Origin: Nemertoderma westbladi
Lineage: Eukaryota; Animalia; Xenacoelomorpha
Length of the DNA stretch: 52,702 bases
NCBI GenBank assembly: GCA_032718475.1
Contig: JAUCBJ010007228.1
Location: 1 to 52,702 of the forward strand
Direction of reading: 5' to 3'
Of the stretch, positions 33,867 to 46,960 are shown in pieces (the stretch's first letter is position 1; the number at the start of each line of letters is the position of its first letter). Under the pieces are notes generated by a model. That model made no database searches. It saw only the letters and a list, made by a program, of their open reading frames with translations, and was not told the DNA's origin. The translations under genes and the position numbers were made by a program.

Positions 33867-34376
33867 GATGTTAAATAAGTTGGCAAATTAACAAGTTTAA
33901 AAAAGTAAAAGTTTAAAATTGGCGTCTTGTAAAATAAATCACAAAAAATTATGAAACTGATGCAGGGATGACGAATGAAAGCCCGACTCGGTTTATATAG
34001 CATCGGCGTAGTATAGGGACCATCCTAACAGATTCATCGAGAGGCGGCTTTAATTAAAGGGTTCCCAGTGATCTGGTGATAAGTCGTTAGGAGACAGTAG
34101 TAATTATATAAAGGTAATAACTGATAACTAAGGCAGTAAGGGGATATAACGCATGAATGTCAGCCTGATTTGGGCCCTCAAGCTTATCAGCAATGGAGAT
34201 ATCTTCAAGTTATTCAGGAAACGACATGCCGATTTCAGGGCATTCATAACGTATAAAAACAGGATATGAGTTAGAAAACAATTGGAGCTCTTTTAACGCC
34301 CGTTCATATAATATTATACTTAAATGTTACTTGTTCTGTAGTTACTTACATACCATCACCAGATCACCGCACCGCT

Positions 34377-34418
34377 ACCGAATAATCAATTTCACCCCTC
34401 GGGGCATCTTCAGGGTCA
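34377..34418 (-). ncRNA. Degenerate hammerhead-like motif at the Penelope 3' end
   Basis: Minus strand acc-CTGAAGA-t-gcccc-ga-ggggt-GAAA-ttgatta-TTC-ggt. Stem II is good; stems I and III are weak. Confidence 0.4.
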
Positions 34419-35199
34419 TACTGTAGGTACCCGCCACAACAATCTCCAAAATATAAAAATATAAAACCAACTAAACTACTGAACTAAAGCTAAACAACTA
34501 CACACCCCTATAAGCCTACTACATAACATACAGACATGAGACACCAGCCAACCCCGTGTAGTTCGGGGCTACATACAGACTGATAAGTACATAAGTAGGG
34601 AACCGTGCCACCTAACATTGTCTGACTGTGCAATCTATTAAATATCGGAATCCTATTGTGCATGTGCATCAGCTTACAAGCCGCGAACACATGCTCCCAG
34701 TCTGCTAGTGTCCAGCGTATAACCTATCGGGATATGCTCAAGCGATACTGCTGTACCGTATTTCAGCATTTCGGTAGGTTACATGCCCTAGGCCATAATG
34801 GCTACAGCATACTGCCGGACCGGGGTGCAGACGTTTGGATTTAAATACTATACGAGTTACACCTAGGCGTATCCAATTTCAACACCCTTACACTTAACAC
34901 CAAAGGAAAACCCAAAATTGATATAACGCACCCTATCCACCCAATTTTATAAGTATCCCAAAAAACACCACCCCTCTACGGCATCAGACATTAGGATTTT
35001 TAATACTAGCAATGCCACAGCTACACGAATCCATTTCATCAAACTTATTATTACTGTACAGCCAATCCCCATTTAAAATATACGCTCATAATAAATAACT
35101 CATCAAAATGCTGCACAAAAATATACATACAACCATCCGGACGCGCGCGCACTAAACATTTAACATTTAACCCATTATACACTAATTAATTATTAACTA

Positions 35200-35880
35200 A
35201 ATATTTGAAACGATATAGAGAAATTTACAAAATATTATACTGTATAGCCATACCTCAATTAAACTCTAAATCAGATTTTATCTACATGCTTAAGGCGATA
35301 TAAGGATAATTAATAAATGATATACTGTATACTCGTTCCCGAATTTAACTGCACCGTGTATCTCACTGAAATGCTGCACAAAAAATATAAAAAATATACT
35401 GAACACCATGAATCGGTCTAGACTTTGGAACCAATCAATATGAACCAAACAATTATTATTCTATTCAATTATTATCTACATTTAAGGCGATATAAGGATA
35501 ATTAATAAATAATATACTGTATACCCGTTCCCGAATTTATCTGTACTGTGTATCTCACCGAAATGCTGCACAAAAAATATATAATGCACACCGTGAATCG
35601 GACTTACCCTTGGAACAAAAATAAACCAAACAATTATTAACTAAATATATAGTAAATATGATATTGTATGGCCAAAACCAAATCATACTCTTACGCAGCC
35701 GGCTTCGCTCAATTAAACTCTAATCAATTATTAACTATTTAAGGTGATATAAGTATAATTAATATACTGTATACCCATTCCCGAATTATACTGTACCCTG
35801 TACCTCACCGAAATAACTGCACAAAAATATATAACCAACCAAAACGGACTAAACTTTTAAACCAATATATATATTAACAA
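35200..35880. repeat. Three diverged 190-260-bp tandem units downstream of the Penelope ORF
   Basis: ttaaggcgatataaggataattaata...tatactgtatac...ttcccgaatt...ctgcacaaaaa near 35290, 35482 and 35740. Confidence 0.75.
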
Positions 35881-35889
35881 TTAATATTC

Positions 35890-36462
35890 TTACAGGGCCG
35901 GCTTCCCCTTGTTCCATGGCGGTTTAAATTTCCTAATATAATTCGCCTCCGCATGGATTCTACTCTTGTTATCTCTAAATTGGCGAAACGCCGTTATCCC
36001 AAAAGACTCCCACTCACACCATCGAAAATGTTCACATAATAAAAATTCTGGTAAGTCAGTATGATCAATGGGGGGGTGTTTTCTATACTCATTAATTACG
36101 GATTTATGTTTACTAAACCTCTCGGCCAGTCTTTGTTCAGTCTGGCCTAAGTAATATCCACGCGGGTGTTCTTTACATGTTATTGTGTACAACACGTTTG
36201 CAGACTCGCAGGTAAAGGACCCCACACTCTTCTCACCCCATGGCAACTCCGGCAAATCCAAAATACTTCCGCATAATAAGCACCGCGATCGCCCGCACGG
36301 ATTATTTCCTATATTCGCCCGTCTCTCCCGTTTCTCAATAACAATATTCCCTATACTCATTCCCGCCTTTCTGGCGCTAACCACCTCCAACCCAATATCA
36401 CCCAAACCGTGCTTATACTTATTTAATATAGGTTTGACTACGTCCGCAAACATTGCGTCCAC
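35890..36462 (-). pseudogene. Penelope GIY-YIG endonuclease domain
   Basis: PCGRSRCLLC, FTCESANVLYTITC, YYLGQTEQRLAERFSKH, EHF, RIHAEANYI. Confidence 0.88.
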
Positions 36463-37439
36463 CGCTGGGTAGTTTTTCGTACATTAACTTTCACCCCGAT
36501 ATTTACGCTTATCCACACCCTCCCTCACAGACCAGTCAATCTCCCGGACCCCGTTTAAAAACATCACAGGGTACCCAGACACAATCAGTTAGGTATCTAT
36601 CCCGCGCAACACCATACTCAATCCCACCTCCCGTCAGACGCCAAAATCTCAGTAGTTGTGACATCACTACTCCTTGCAGAGATTTGTTGCTATGGTTACT
36701 GAAAAATAGTATTGGCATTTTTCTGGATAGGGGTTTAAAATACACTCTGGTTCGAATGAACCCAACACTGTCTTGAAACAATTCCAAATCCAAAAAACCG
36801 ACTCATTATATGAAAAATCAAAAGTGAATTTTATTATATCCCGCCCAAACAACTTTACACTCGCGTTATTGTACCTATTAATAATTTCGTCCTTAGTTTG
36901 AACCGTCAACCTACTGCCAAAAATTGCCTCCCCGTCGTCCACAAACGTGCGAAAAAATATATCACCATACAATGTCGTCAACCTACCATGCGTTTGGATA
37001 CGGTCCACCGGGATATGGTTGCTACCGATTTACTTGCAGGCACCCCCATTCCCAACCCTTTTATCAAAACATAATATTTCTTACCAACCGCGAAATATGT
37101 GTGCGTAATAACATATTTTAGTACAGTTATTATCTGTTCGTTATCGTAACCAGTCGTATCAGATAAATCGGGGTTTTCCTTGAGTGTGGCGCCTACAGCC
37201 TCAACAGCTGTCTCGAAGTCTATAGACGGGTAAAATGGAGAACGGAAAATGGAGATATCTGGCATGTCGGCCGGCCCTCAAGCAAATTAGCGGCGTAATG
37301 GCTAACGGGGCACTTCGAAGACAGTCTGGCTATAGTAGAGTAGAATCGGCATACGAGACCATAGCTAAAATACATCTGCCATGGAGCCTGCGCGCAGCAC
37401 TGTGCTCACCAAATATATTTATAAATCTCTACTGTTTAT

Positions 37440-37655
37440 TCACGAAGTGGAGTACGTTCAGCAGCAACAAAACTAATGAAATCAATCGAAGATATTAGCA
37501 CCTACGATGTTCACAACAAAAACAATTGCGGCTTAACTCATTAAACGAAAAGTTATGCTCTACCATGTCTGAAACTGAACAGGACATTGACTCAGAGGTG
37601 TGTATAGAGTATGAGTTTAAATTAACAGATATTAATACTGGTTTTAGGTTACAAT
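37440..37655 (+). pseudogene. Possible N-terminal fragment of another Bel-type gag
   Basis: RSGVRSAATKLMKSIED followed by LNSLNEKL...EQDIDSEVCIEYEFKL; helical pattern only. Confidence 0.3.
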
Positions 37656-37657
37656 CA

Positions 37658-37893
37658 CTCATCGTGACCTCCTCCTCGATACCTTCGTTGTCTCTCCTCG
37701 TCTGGCGTCGTACCGTCGGCCCTCCCCTTGCCGTTCCGGTGGGCCGCTCGCCACCTGTAGCCACTGGTTGGCTGGTGGCTCCGGTACGCTCGTCGCCATT
37801 GTCATCATTACGTATCGACCTATCTTCCTCCCGTACCCGTCTGTGTTCCTCCTCTTCAACCAATCCGTCATACGTGTTACCTACTTTGGCCAT
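37658..37893 (-). mobile_element. Fragment of a Bel element related to the one at 8623
   Basis: GERPTGTARGGPTVRRQTRR...EEEVTMSD matches GDGRTTGTAMVGPPVRRRTRR...EEDVGTSD (9549..10208). Confidence 0.7.
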
Positions 37894-39503
37894 CCAATAG
37901 ATACACGATTGTCATGCCTGGCCCTCTCATTGGTCTGTTCCCCTCTGGCTGTGTTCTGTCCCCTTTGCCTGTGTTAGGCCCTGCCGTTGAGATGGTTTAG
38001 TAAACCATCCCGAGGTTATTATTTCCTAACTGGTTCCCTATACAATATTGGTTACATATCCTACTGATTGCCAAATCAATTCACCTCCCCATTCTGCCGG
38101 TAAGTGGCGTGTGTTACACGGAATGGATCGCTTACGGAACGAGAGTAGTACCAGAAAAAGGCCCATTTGGCCAGAACATTGGCAATTTTTGAAAAAATAT
38201 GTTGGTTTTCTTTTTTTATCGTTAAGTACATTCTTACAGTCTTGGGCAAAATTGAGCAAAGTGTTGAGCCATTTTAATGGAAATAAGAATTTACAGACCT
38301 CAAAAAAACGAAATTTCGTTTAATTTCGATTAATTCGATTAATGACTTTCGTTTTTTCTAACTAAATAACCAAAATAATAATTTTTTATTAATAAAAATT
38401 TCGTGACGCTGGACAGCTGTTACTCAAACTAACCTAAAATTAGAACTAATTAATCATTGTACAGTCCCGCTCTCAAAAAGCATTCCTTTGATCAAACATT
38501 GATCAAACTTTGATCAAACATTGATCAATGTTTGATCAAAATGTGTCCATAGAGTAGTATTGAAAGTAGCATTGACATTGAAATGACATTGATAGCATAT
38601 TGAAATGACCTTGAAATCGACGCACCGAAATTCCAGACTTTCTGTCTCATATTGAAATGACATTGAAATGATTTCAAGGTAACAGTTTACATCGCTCTTC
38701 TGCGGCAATCCTTTGTACTCAGATTCCCGGTGAGGACTGGCTTTCGTTAATAGCCAAGCCGCAATGTGATTGACAGGGTGGCGCATGGAGCTTGCTTGAT
38801 TTTGTGGATAGACAACGATTAGATTTACAAGGCAGTGTTGTGGTAGTGTCCCAGACTGAGTCATATAGGGCCTATTATTACACTAACAACTAGTTAAGAT
38901 AACAGCCCATGGAATATTTTTAAATTATTATTAATTACAAATTTGTTTTAATGTTCCTTAAATCAGAATCAAGGCCAAAGACCTCCATTGACATTGAGGT
39001 AGCGAGATGGCTACCGTTGTATTGAATTTTCTTATACAGAAATTGTTTAAATTCAACAAGCCTGCCTCCTGCCCCTGTCTCTAATTTTCCTAATAAATGT
39101 AAATAAATAAATCCATAAAATATAATTTATAATTTAATTATGCATATATAACTGTGTGATCATAAAAAACTGACGTATTTTAGAAATAGTAAGCTAGAAA
39201 TGTAGGCCTACTTAACGAGCGGACACCAGACACCATTAAATTAAATATACCTTTTAAAAAATGTACGTAATTTAATTTTAATACTCTGATAAGGTATTTT
39301 TTATTGAAAACTTAATTTCTAGTAAACTATAGTAATCTATGTACATCATTAGTACCCAGACATCATTAGATTTTAAATCAGTTTAACATATTGTAATCAT
39401 AATTTTTTAAATATTAAAAATCAAATTGGGTTATTAATACTTATTAAATTCTGCTCATTCATTTTTAATTAATGGTTGGTTTTAACCATCCGGCCGACAA
39501 ACC

Positions 39504-40955
39504 GGTAAACGGACAGGTTGTATCCAGACAAGTTGTATCCAGACAAGTTGTATCCAATTTCCTATTCTTAGCTTACAAAAGGACATTTTGTATCCCGATT
39601 TTCGGACATGTTGTATCCAACTTATTTACGTTGTAAATTAACTGTAATTCTATCCTATTGAATAATATAATTAACTAGGCGATCCATAATCATAATACTG
39701 TACATTATACGATTTATACACATTTGCAATCGCTCCCAAACCGTTTTACCAGTTATATATAGTCTGTGCCAAGGTGTACACTCGTATACTGCCACTGCTT
39801 TATGCATTTCTCGAACGCAAAACAGAAACTACTTTCTCGGAGTTATTCAATGTGATCGCCATGCAAGGGGCTTCACCTTCGGTTGTCCACGTGGACTTTG
39901 GGAAGGCGGCACACAACGCAATCATTGCGGCTTTCGGCGACAGTGTGACGTTTGTTTTCTGTTACTTCCATCTCCGGCAAGCGATTAACAAGCGCATTCA
40001 AGAGCTTGGATTGAAATCTCACTATCAGTCCAATTTGGAGTTTAGGTTATGGGCCTCCAAGATTTCTTCACTTGCTTTGCTGCCAACATATAAAGTGAAA
40101 GATGGGTTCCGCATAATACAAGACATTGCCCCCCGGGAAGGCGCCGAACTGTTAACCTACTTCGACCGAACCTCGACGGACCTCGACGTATTCGTAGCGA
40201 CAGCAATGGCCTTGTCTCGAAGATACGTTCTGCGGGACCCTTATTTGCAGTTGAGAAGTGGAAATTTCATGCAGCCACATTAAATGACTTTGGCAGAACT
40301 AACAATGCTTCAGAGGCTGTTAATCGTGATATTTCTACCATTATAGGAAGTAGGCACCCTTCTGTGTGGAAACTTATTGATGCTCTAAAAGCGAAAGATG
40401 CTGATGTCCAATGTCAACTTGCTCGGGCCGCAGTTGGACAGCTAGAGCCACGTCGAGAAACTTTGGAATCTAAAACATTTGATAGACGCATAAAGACGCT
40501 CTGCACTGAGATTACCAACCAACAGCGCACTGTGGAGAGCTTTCTCATTGGTGTCGGCGAGAACATAGAGTTATTAAAGAGAACAAAGTCATTGTTTTCA
40601 AATATCAACGTAAGTGACTCTGAAATGGACAAGGACTTCAAATAACTCGGTGTAACATTTTGGCTAATAACTTTGTGTAACGTTTTAGTTTAGTTTTAGT
40701 AACAATGTTATCATGTATTATTATGTGTATTGTATATTATGTTTATTAACTACAGTATTAATGAAAATTATAAGAATAGTTTATAATTCAACTGTGAAAT
40801 TATTTAGCAATTTTTTTATGCCAGGATACAACTTGTCTTTTTCTTTGGAAGACAAGTTGTATCCAGGGAAATTGGATACAAGATGTCTGGATACAACTTG
40901 TCTGGATACAACTTGTCTGGATACAACTTGTCTGGATACAACTTGTCCTGTAACC
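39504..40955 (+). mobile_element. MULE/Mutator DNA transposon, internally deleted, nested in the mariner-type element
   Basis: 9-bp TSD cgacaaacc (39495-39503, 40956-40964); GG...CC ends; inverted 15-bp subterminal repeats gacaagttgtatcca. Confidence 0.92.
39720..40645 (+). pseudogene. MULE transposase, C-terminal part
   Basis: TFAIAPKPFYQLY, PLLYAFLERKT, VDFGKA, CYFHLRQA, LTYFDRT, RTNNASEA, HPSVWKLIDALK. The first catalytic Asp and the N-terminus are missing, and there is a frameshift near 40170. Confidence 0.88.
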
Positions 40956-42239
40956 CGACAAACCACACTTGCCCACAGGTCGTTGTAAAGACAAGACATT
41001 CAATACTACCACAGTTATCCCATCCCCTCTCTTGTTGTGGACTATTACTATATCATTGTACAAGCTGCGGACCTGCACGCACACCCCCCCCCCCCCCCCC
41101 CCCACACCACCCCATTATAATGTGTTGTAGGTAGACATCCACCCAACTCATTGCGTAACTCAGAATAAACTCCACACAGCCCATACCCGCCCGCCGCCGC
41201 CCTTGCTATTATTACCGCAAAGTGGAGATTCAATAAATTGTGGCTGTTTATTTTCTGATAATCGCGGTGAATTATTATAACCTAGGCGGTCAGGTATAAA
41301 TAACGGTTACAGCTTACAAACCTATGGTATGATATGGACGTGGTGTGGTGTCCTGTGTGCTCTGCAGACATCCTACAGAGCACATGGAGCATTACACACA
41401 CAGGGAGAGCGAGAGAGAGAGGGCTGCTTGATTGACACACGGCTCACTGGGAATCTAGACTTTGAAGTGCAGCGCCTTTGGTAGAACTCAATGGCAGGAT
41501 TTATAAGCCTGGTAAATTTCAATATTTGATCAAATTTTGATCAAAGTTTGATCAATGTTTGATCAATGTTTGATCAAAGGAATGCTTTTTGAGAGCGGGA
41601 CTGTAGGCCTACGCTTTCCATGTGATCTTATCTCTTATGTGATTCATATACTGTACAGGGTCACCAGTACTTCACTGAGAATTGTATATGTTACACATAG
41701 GATAGGAGGACAACAAAATTTGCTATGAATTCTGTCCGTGACGTTTACAACACTTTTCAACCTTGCCCTACTACTGTATTGATTGAATGGATAGGCCCAC
41801 CCAAACTGCAAAGAAGTATATTACTTGCCAAGTTTAGTAAGTGTGTTTACTCAGTCACTCTATCCCAGATAGTAATCAAACATAACTGAGTTTGTAACTA
41901 TTACCCCGCCAGCTGAATAGCTCTTCCCAGTGAATCCTACGGGAATATCTATAATGTTACTCACTGGGGAGTTCAAATGTTTTATAGGTTAATAATAATG
42001 AAATGAAGGGACTGGGTATTGCTATCCCTCAGACTGTAAGCAAAGCTGTTCAATGGGGAGGGACCCAACTACACTACACGTATGTCTATATGGACGGTCT
42101 TCTTATAGCCAGATTGATGGCTTTTCTAGTGTTTAAACTTGTTTCAATTTAAAAGAAAATTTATTTTTATGTTTTTTTTTTTTTAATTTACATTAATTGT
42201 GAATTTTGTCAACAATTCGTTGAAATTGAAAGCCGTCCA

Positions 42240-42330
42240 AAAATTGAAATCCGGCCGGAGCCGGAATTGGATTTTTTCTCAAAATCCGGCAGGAATTCCG
42301 TCCCGGCCGGATATCCGACACACCCCTTAA
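42240..42330. mobile_element. Isolated hAT-like terminus
   Basis: ccgg-rich subterminal repeats ending ggatatccgacacacccct; no partner end found. Confidence 0.35.
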
Positions 42331-42518
42331 AGATAAACTATTTATTCAGAAGTTACAATTAAATTTATATTTAAAGAAAAGAAAATGAAAATAAAAGAAA
42401 TAATATTGCAACAAATCGACTAGGAAACAATAAATTCATATTACAGCCCTGAAATAAATTCACCAATAATTATCCAATCTCTAGATATATTAAATTATTG
42501 GCACGTCATGACGTCACA

Positions 42519-43397
42519 TTAATCCGGACACTTAGACTTCCTGGACTTCCGAGCCGCCCTTTTCTGCTCCCAACGGACCGTTTCCTGCTCCACCACCGAC
42601 ATCTCGTGAATCCGACGGTTGAAACTCGATGGGGCCCCGACGGTGGGGTCTGCGAACGGAGAGTCCTGCCTCTGGGTCTGTCTGGGCACCTCCTGGGAGA
42701 CCCTCATTGGTCGCTGCCAGACAGGCGGTCTCCCGGACAACGGGTCCCTAAAACGGTTCGAGTCCGTGTTGTTCGAGTTCCCTCTATTGCCGTTAAGGGG
42801 CGCCACCGCTACAGTAGCGCCGCTCGGCGGTTGGGGACAGGATATTAAAGGGGATTGCGAACTCGGTACATCACCGCTAGATGGCGAACTATAATTAGAT
42901 AACGCGCCCCCGGCTATCCTAAGAGAACCTTTATTGGGAGCTTCTACGCCTATTTTAGGTTCTGTCCTTCCCGTCTCTACATTATTCCCTATAGGTTTAG
43001 GCGTCCAGTAACTCTCACTCAACCTTTTCCCCGATATCAGCGGGAGTGGGTGCGGTTTAAGCGGGTAAAACCCCCCGAAGTTTCCGTTTGTTACCGATTC
43101 CGCGCTAAATAAACTCGCCGTTATCGTTTTGTAGACCGGGGGTCTGACAACTTCCTTGTGAACCTTGTTGCTTCCTACCGAGAGGTCCATGCTCTCTCGT
43201 GATTGGCTAACAGTTCGGTAATCTGAAAGGAATATAAGAAATGTTAATAATTGCAAAACAGATAAACAATTAGATAAAATAATAGAAGTAATGTTGGTGG
43301 CTTTGACTGCGAAAGTGACGATTTCGCTTGGCCGTTTTATGACACGGTTTATCGGACGTTTTATAGCTTCTAGGATATTTTTTCCGCGGTCTTTCAA
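42519..43397 (-). other. Unassigned 292-aa ORF, possibly a terminal exon from an acceptor at 43222
   Basis: Open frame over a GC-richer island; Ser/Pro-rich with a basic C-terminus (KRAARKSRKSK); ttcctttcag acceptor-like site; no recognisable domain. Confidence 0.3.
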
Positions 43398-43423
43398 ACG
43401 GAAAACCGATCCTAGTAGAAGTA

Positions 43424-44838
43424 GTACTCCTATCTGCTGCCCGAAAGTAGGGTTGGGCGCTGCTCCTATCTGCTACCCGAAGGTAGGGGAGGGCGCTACT
43501 CCTATCTGCTACCCGAAGGTAGGGGTGGGCGCTACTCCTATCTGCTACCCGAAGGTAGGGGTGGGCGCATACTCCTATCTGCTACCAGAAAGTAGGGGTG
43601 GGCGCTACTCCTATCTGCTACCCGAAGGTAGGGGTGGGCGGGACTAACTCCTATCTGCTACCCGAAGATAGGGGTGGGCGCTACTCATATCTGCTACCCG
43701 AAGGTAGGGGTGGGCGCTACTCCTATATGCTACCCTAAGGTAGGAGTGGGAGCTACTCCTATCGGGTACCCGAAGGTAGGGGTGGGCGCTACTCCTATCT
43801 GCTACCCGAAGGTAGGGGTGGGCGCTGCTCCTATCTGCTGCCCTCAGGTAGGGGTGGGCGCTACTCCTATCTGCTACCTTTAGGTAGGGGTGGGCGCTAC
43901 TCCTATCTGCTACCCGAAGGTACGGGTGGGCGCTACTCCTATCTGCTGCCCTTAGGTAGGGGTGGGCGCTACTCCTATCTGCTACCCGAAGGTAGGGGAG
44001 GGCGCTACTCCTATCTGCTACCCGAAGGTAGGGGTGGGCGCTACTCCTATCTGCTACCCGAAGGTAGGGGAGGGCGCTACTCCTATCTGCTACCCGAAGG
44101 TAGGGGTGGTCGCTAGTCATATCTGCTACCCGAAGGTAGGGGTCGCCGCTAATCCTATCTGCTGCCCGAAAGTAGGGGTGGGCGCTACTCCTATCTGCTA
44201 CCCGAAGGTAGGGGTGGGCGCGACTAACTCGTATCTGCTACCCGAAGGTAGGGGTGGGCGCTACTCCTATCTGCTAGCCGAAGGTAGGGGTGGGCGCTAC
44301 TCCTATCTGCTACCCTAAGGTAGGGGTGGGAGCTACTCCTATCGGGTACCCGAAGGTAGGGGTGGGCGCTACTCCTATCTGCTACCCGAAGGTAGGGGTG
44401 GGCGCTACTCCTATCTGCTACCCTTAGGTAGGGGTGAGCGCTACTCCTATCTGCTACCCGAAGGTAGGGGTGGGCGCTACTCCTATCTGCTACCCTAAGG
44501 TAGGGGTGGGAGCTACTCCTATCGGGTACCCGAAGGTAGGGGTGGGCGCTACTCCTATCTGCTACCCGAAGGTAGGTTTGGGCGGTACTCCTATCTGCTA
44601 CCCTTAGGTAGGGGTCGCCGCTACTCCTATCTGCTGCCCGAAGGTAGGGGTGGGCGCTACTCCCGAAAGTAGGGGTGGGCGCTACTCTACCTGCTACCCG
44701 AAGGTAGGGGTGGGTGCTACTCCTATCTGCTACCCGAAGGTAGGGCTGGGCGCTACTCCTATCTGGTACCCGAAGGTAGGGGTGGGCGCGACTAACTCCT
44801 ATCTGCTACCCGAAGGTAGGGGTGGGCGCTACTCCTAT
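43424..44838. repeat. 36-bp minisatellite, about 39 copies
   Basis: ctactcctatctgctacccgaaggtaggggtgggcg head-to-tail without spacers. Confidence 0.95.
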
Positions 44839-44839
44839 C

Positions 44840-44975
44840 ACAAATTTTGTCCCAAGTAATGCACTCGACTGGTTCTCATTTTATTGTCCCGAGGAAATGA
44901 AAGGCTGATTGGACCCTGGCGGGGCTCAAAACTACAACCAATAGTCCTGGCGCTCAACCAACTGAGTTACCCCAC
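44840..44975 (-). mobile_element. tRNA-derived SINE 5' portion with a conserved central box
   Basis: Minus strand gtaactcagttggttgagcg (A box), degenerate B box, then cagcctttcatttcctcgggacaataaaatgagaaccag, resembling a central box of other animal SINEs. Confidence 0.6.
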
Positions 44976-45469
44976 AGTACAGTGCATTAGTGTCGGCATA
45001 GTATGTGCTGTGCATGGTGTCGGCATAGTATGTGCTGTGCATGGTGTCGGTAAGTTTCCCCCGTGGAATTGGCGTGATGTCGGCGTATTGCCGCCGACTC
45101 ATACAGTCGACGTAACATTCAGTAGTGTCAGGGTGTTGTTGGCAAATAGTTGTTTCGTGCATAGAAATTTGGCTACAAATTGTAACTTTTGTTGCGATAA
45201 CGATACTACATCTGTATATGACAATAACTTTGTGATACATTGCTTCCAAACCGCTTCTGCAGCCCTAGTTGCTGCACTCAAAACCTTTGAAACGATATAA
45301 ATTAAACTGTGTTCGCATCCGGGTACTACTTGTAAACATCTTGTGTGTGGCGGTGGATTCTAATAGAAAGGAATAGAAATGTGTATCATTTGATTCTGTG
45401 TCTAGTGTAACTGTGTAGGCATAGAAAAGCTCATCTTATCTTATGTATAATCTTTATTTGATAATAAAC

Positions 45470-45668
45470 AACCCGGACAATAAGCTGTTACCTAAGGCGG
45501 GATGGCGCCACACTATCTCCCAAGGTCTAATACTCTCACCATCTAACTATTTTCTTTACTCCACCAACATATGCCAGGAAAACTGGGCTTTTCAAATTAG
45601 GGGACTCGAACTCACGGCCTTAAACTTGGTAGACCGAAGCTCCTACCACCTGGACAACATGAACACGG
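45470..45668 (-). mobile_element. tRNA-derived SINE-like element
   Basis: A box tgtccaggtggta and B box gagttcgagtcc at tRNA spacing; the acceptor stem does not pair. Confidence 0.55.
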
Positions 45669-46170
45669 TGTAGTCGGTCAGTCAAATTGGAGAACTCGAT
45701 ATTATCACTTTGAATCACAGTGAATTGAATGTTACTACGTTTGGTTTTAATATAATTCAAAAAATCAACAGCGCAGTTGACACAAAAAATATCCCCGACA
45801 TATCGCTAGTAATATTTTGGTTTTTATCTCATGTGGACAATTTATTATCAAGCCAATGGATTTCGTAATAACAGGTGATACCACACAGAATATCTAAGAC
45901 TATTAAATTCGCCACGGCACAAACGCGCCATATGTTGTGAATGTGAATCAATCACAATATAATTTTTAAATATATTTGTTATTTTCTCCGTAACATTTTG
46001 TAGAGATAAATTTATTAATTCCATTCAAATATATATATATAATATGTCAGTAACATTGTGATAGAACCTTTTAATTAACTTACAATCATTAAAATTGAAT
46101 CGCAATTCTTCCGAATAAATGTGTAGGTGTTCAATAAATCGTGAGTAACTTAGTAGCTTATCCGATGGAA

Positions 46171-46712
46171 TATCAATCACACTAGAAACTGAAAGTAAAT
46201 AAATTAATCTAAATAACAATCACACTAAAAACTGAAAGTAAATAAATTAATCTAAATATCAATCACACTAGAAACTGAAAGTAAATAAATTAAAATCTAA
46301 ATATCAATAACACTAGAAACTGAAAGTAAATAAATTAAAGTCTAAATATCAATCACACTAGAAACTGAAAGTAAATAAATTAAAATCTAAATATCAATCA
46401 CACTAGAAACTGAAAGTAAATAAATAAAATCTAAATATCAATCACACTAGAAACGGAAAGTAAATAAATAAAATCTAAATATCAATAACACTATAAACTG
46501 AAAGTAAATAAATTAAAGTCTAAATATCAATCACACTAGAAACTGAAAGTAAATAAATTAAAATCTAAATATCAATCACACTAGAAACTGAAAGTAAATA
46601 AATTAAAATCTAAATATCAATCACACTGGAAACTGAAAGTAAATAAATTAATCGAAATATCAATCACAATTGAAACTGAAAGTAAAAAAATTAATCTAAA
46701 TATCAATATCAA
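46171..46712. repeat. 43-45-bp AT-rich minisatellite, about 12 copies
   Basis: atcaatcacactagaaactgaaagtaaataaattaaaatctaaat. Confidence 0.92.
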
Positions 46713-46960
46713 TCAACCCAGTTCTTGGATATTGATAGATGTCAATTAAACAACTATTTAAGTGGTGGCAAAAAAAAGTAAACTTTAAAAGGAAAGCTAG
46801 ACAAAAAAGTTACTTTTTGCCACCACTTACATCGTTTTATTGGTTGAAAGTCATCTGGGCCTATTTCAGCATAAATATCGTCTATCTAAGTTTCTTCCAT
46901 GGTGAGATACCGGTATACACCATGTCCGGTAATATAGTGTCGTTATTTAAGTACCTGGAA

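Larger units (their letters stand above)
34330..37240 (-). mobile_element. Penelope-like element, 5'-truncated and frameshifted
   Basis: RT fragments FYPSID, THTYFAVGKKYYVLIKGLGMG, FFRTFVDD, followed by a GIY-YIG endonuclease. The 3' boundary is inferred from a hammerhead-like motif. Confidence 0.82.
38462..41603. mobile_element. Non-autonomous Tc1/mariner-type element (TA TSD)
   Basis: TA-cagtcccgctctcaaaaagcattcctttgatcaaacattgatcaaa ... tttgatcaaaggaatgctttttgagagcgggactg-TA; subterminal ttgatcaa palindromic repeats. Confidence 0.85.

Noticed and set aside
43424-44838. CRISPR array (36-bp hairpin repeats)
   Set aside because: Units are contiguous with no unique spacers, there are no cas genes, and the context is eukaryotic. 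ORFs over the array are repeat artefacts.
45595-45668. Functional tRNA gene
   Set aside because: A and B boxes are present, but the acceptor and anticodon stems do not pair; better explained as a SINE head.
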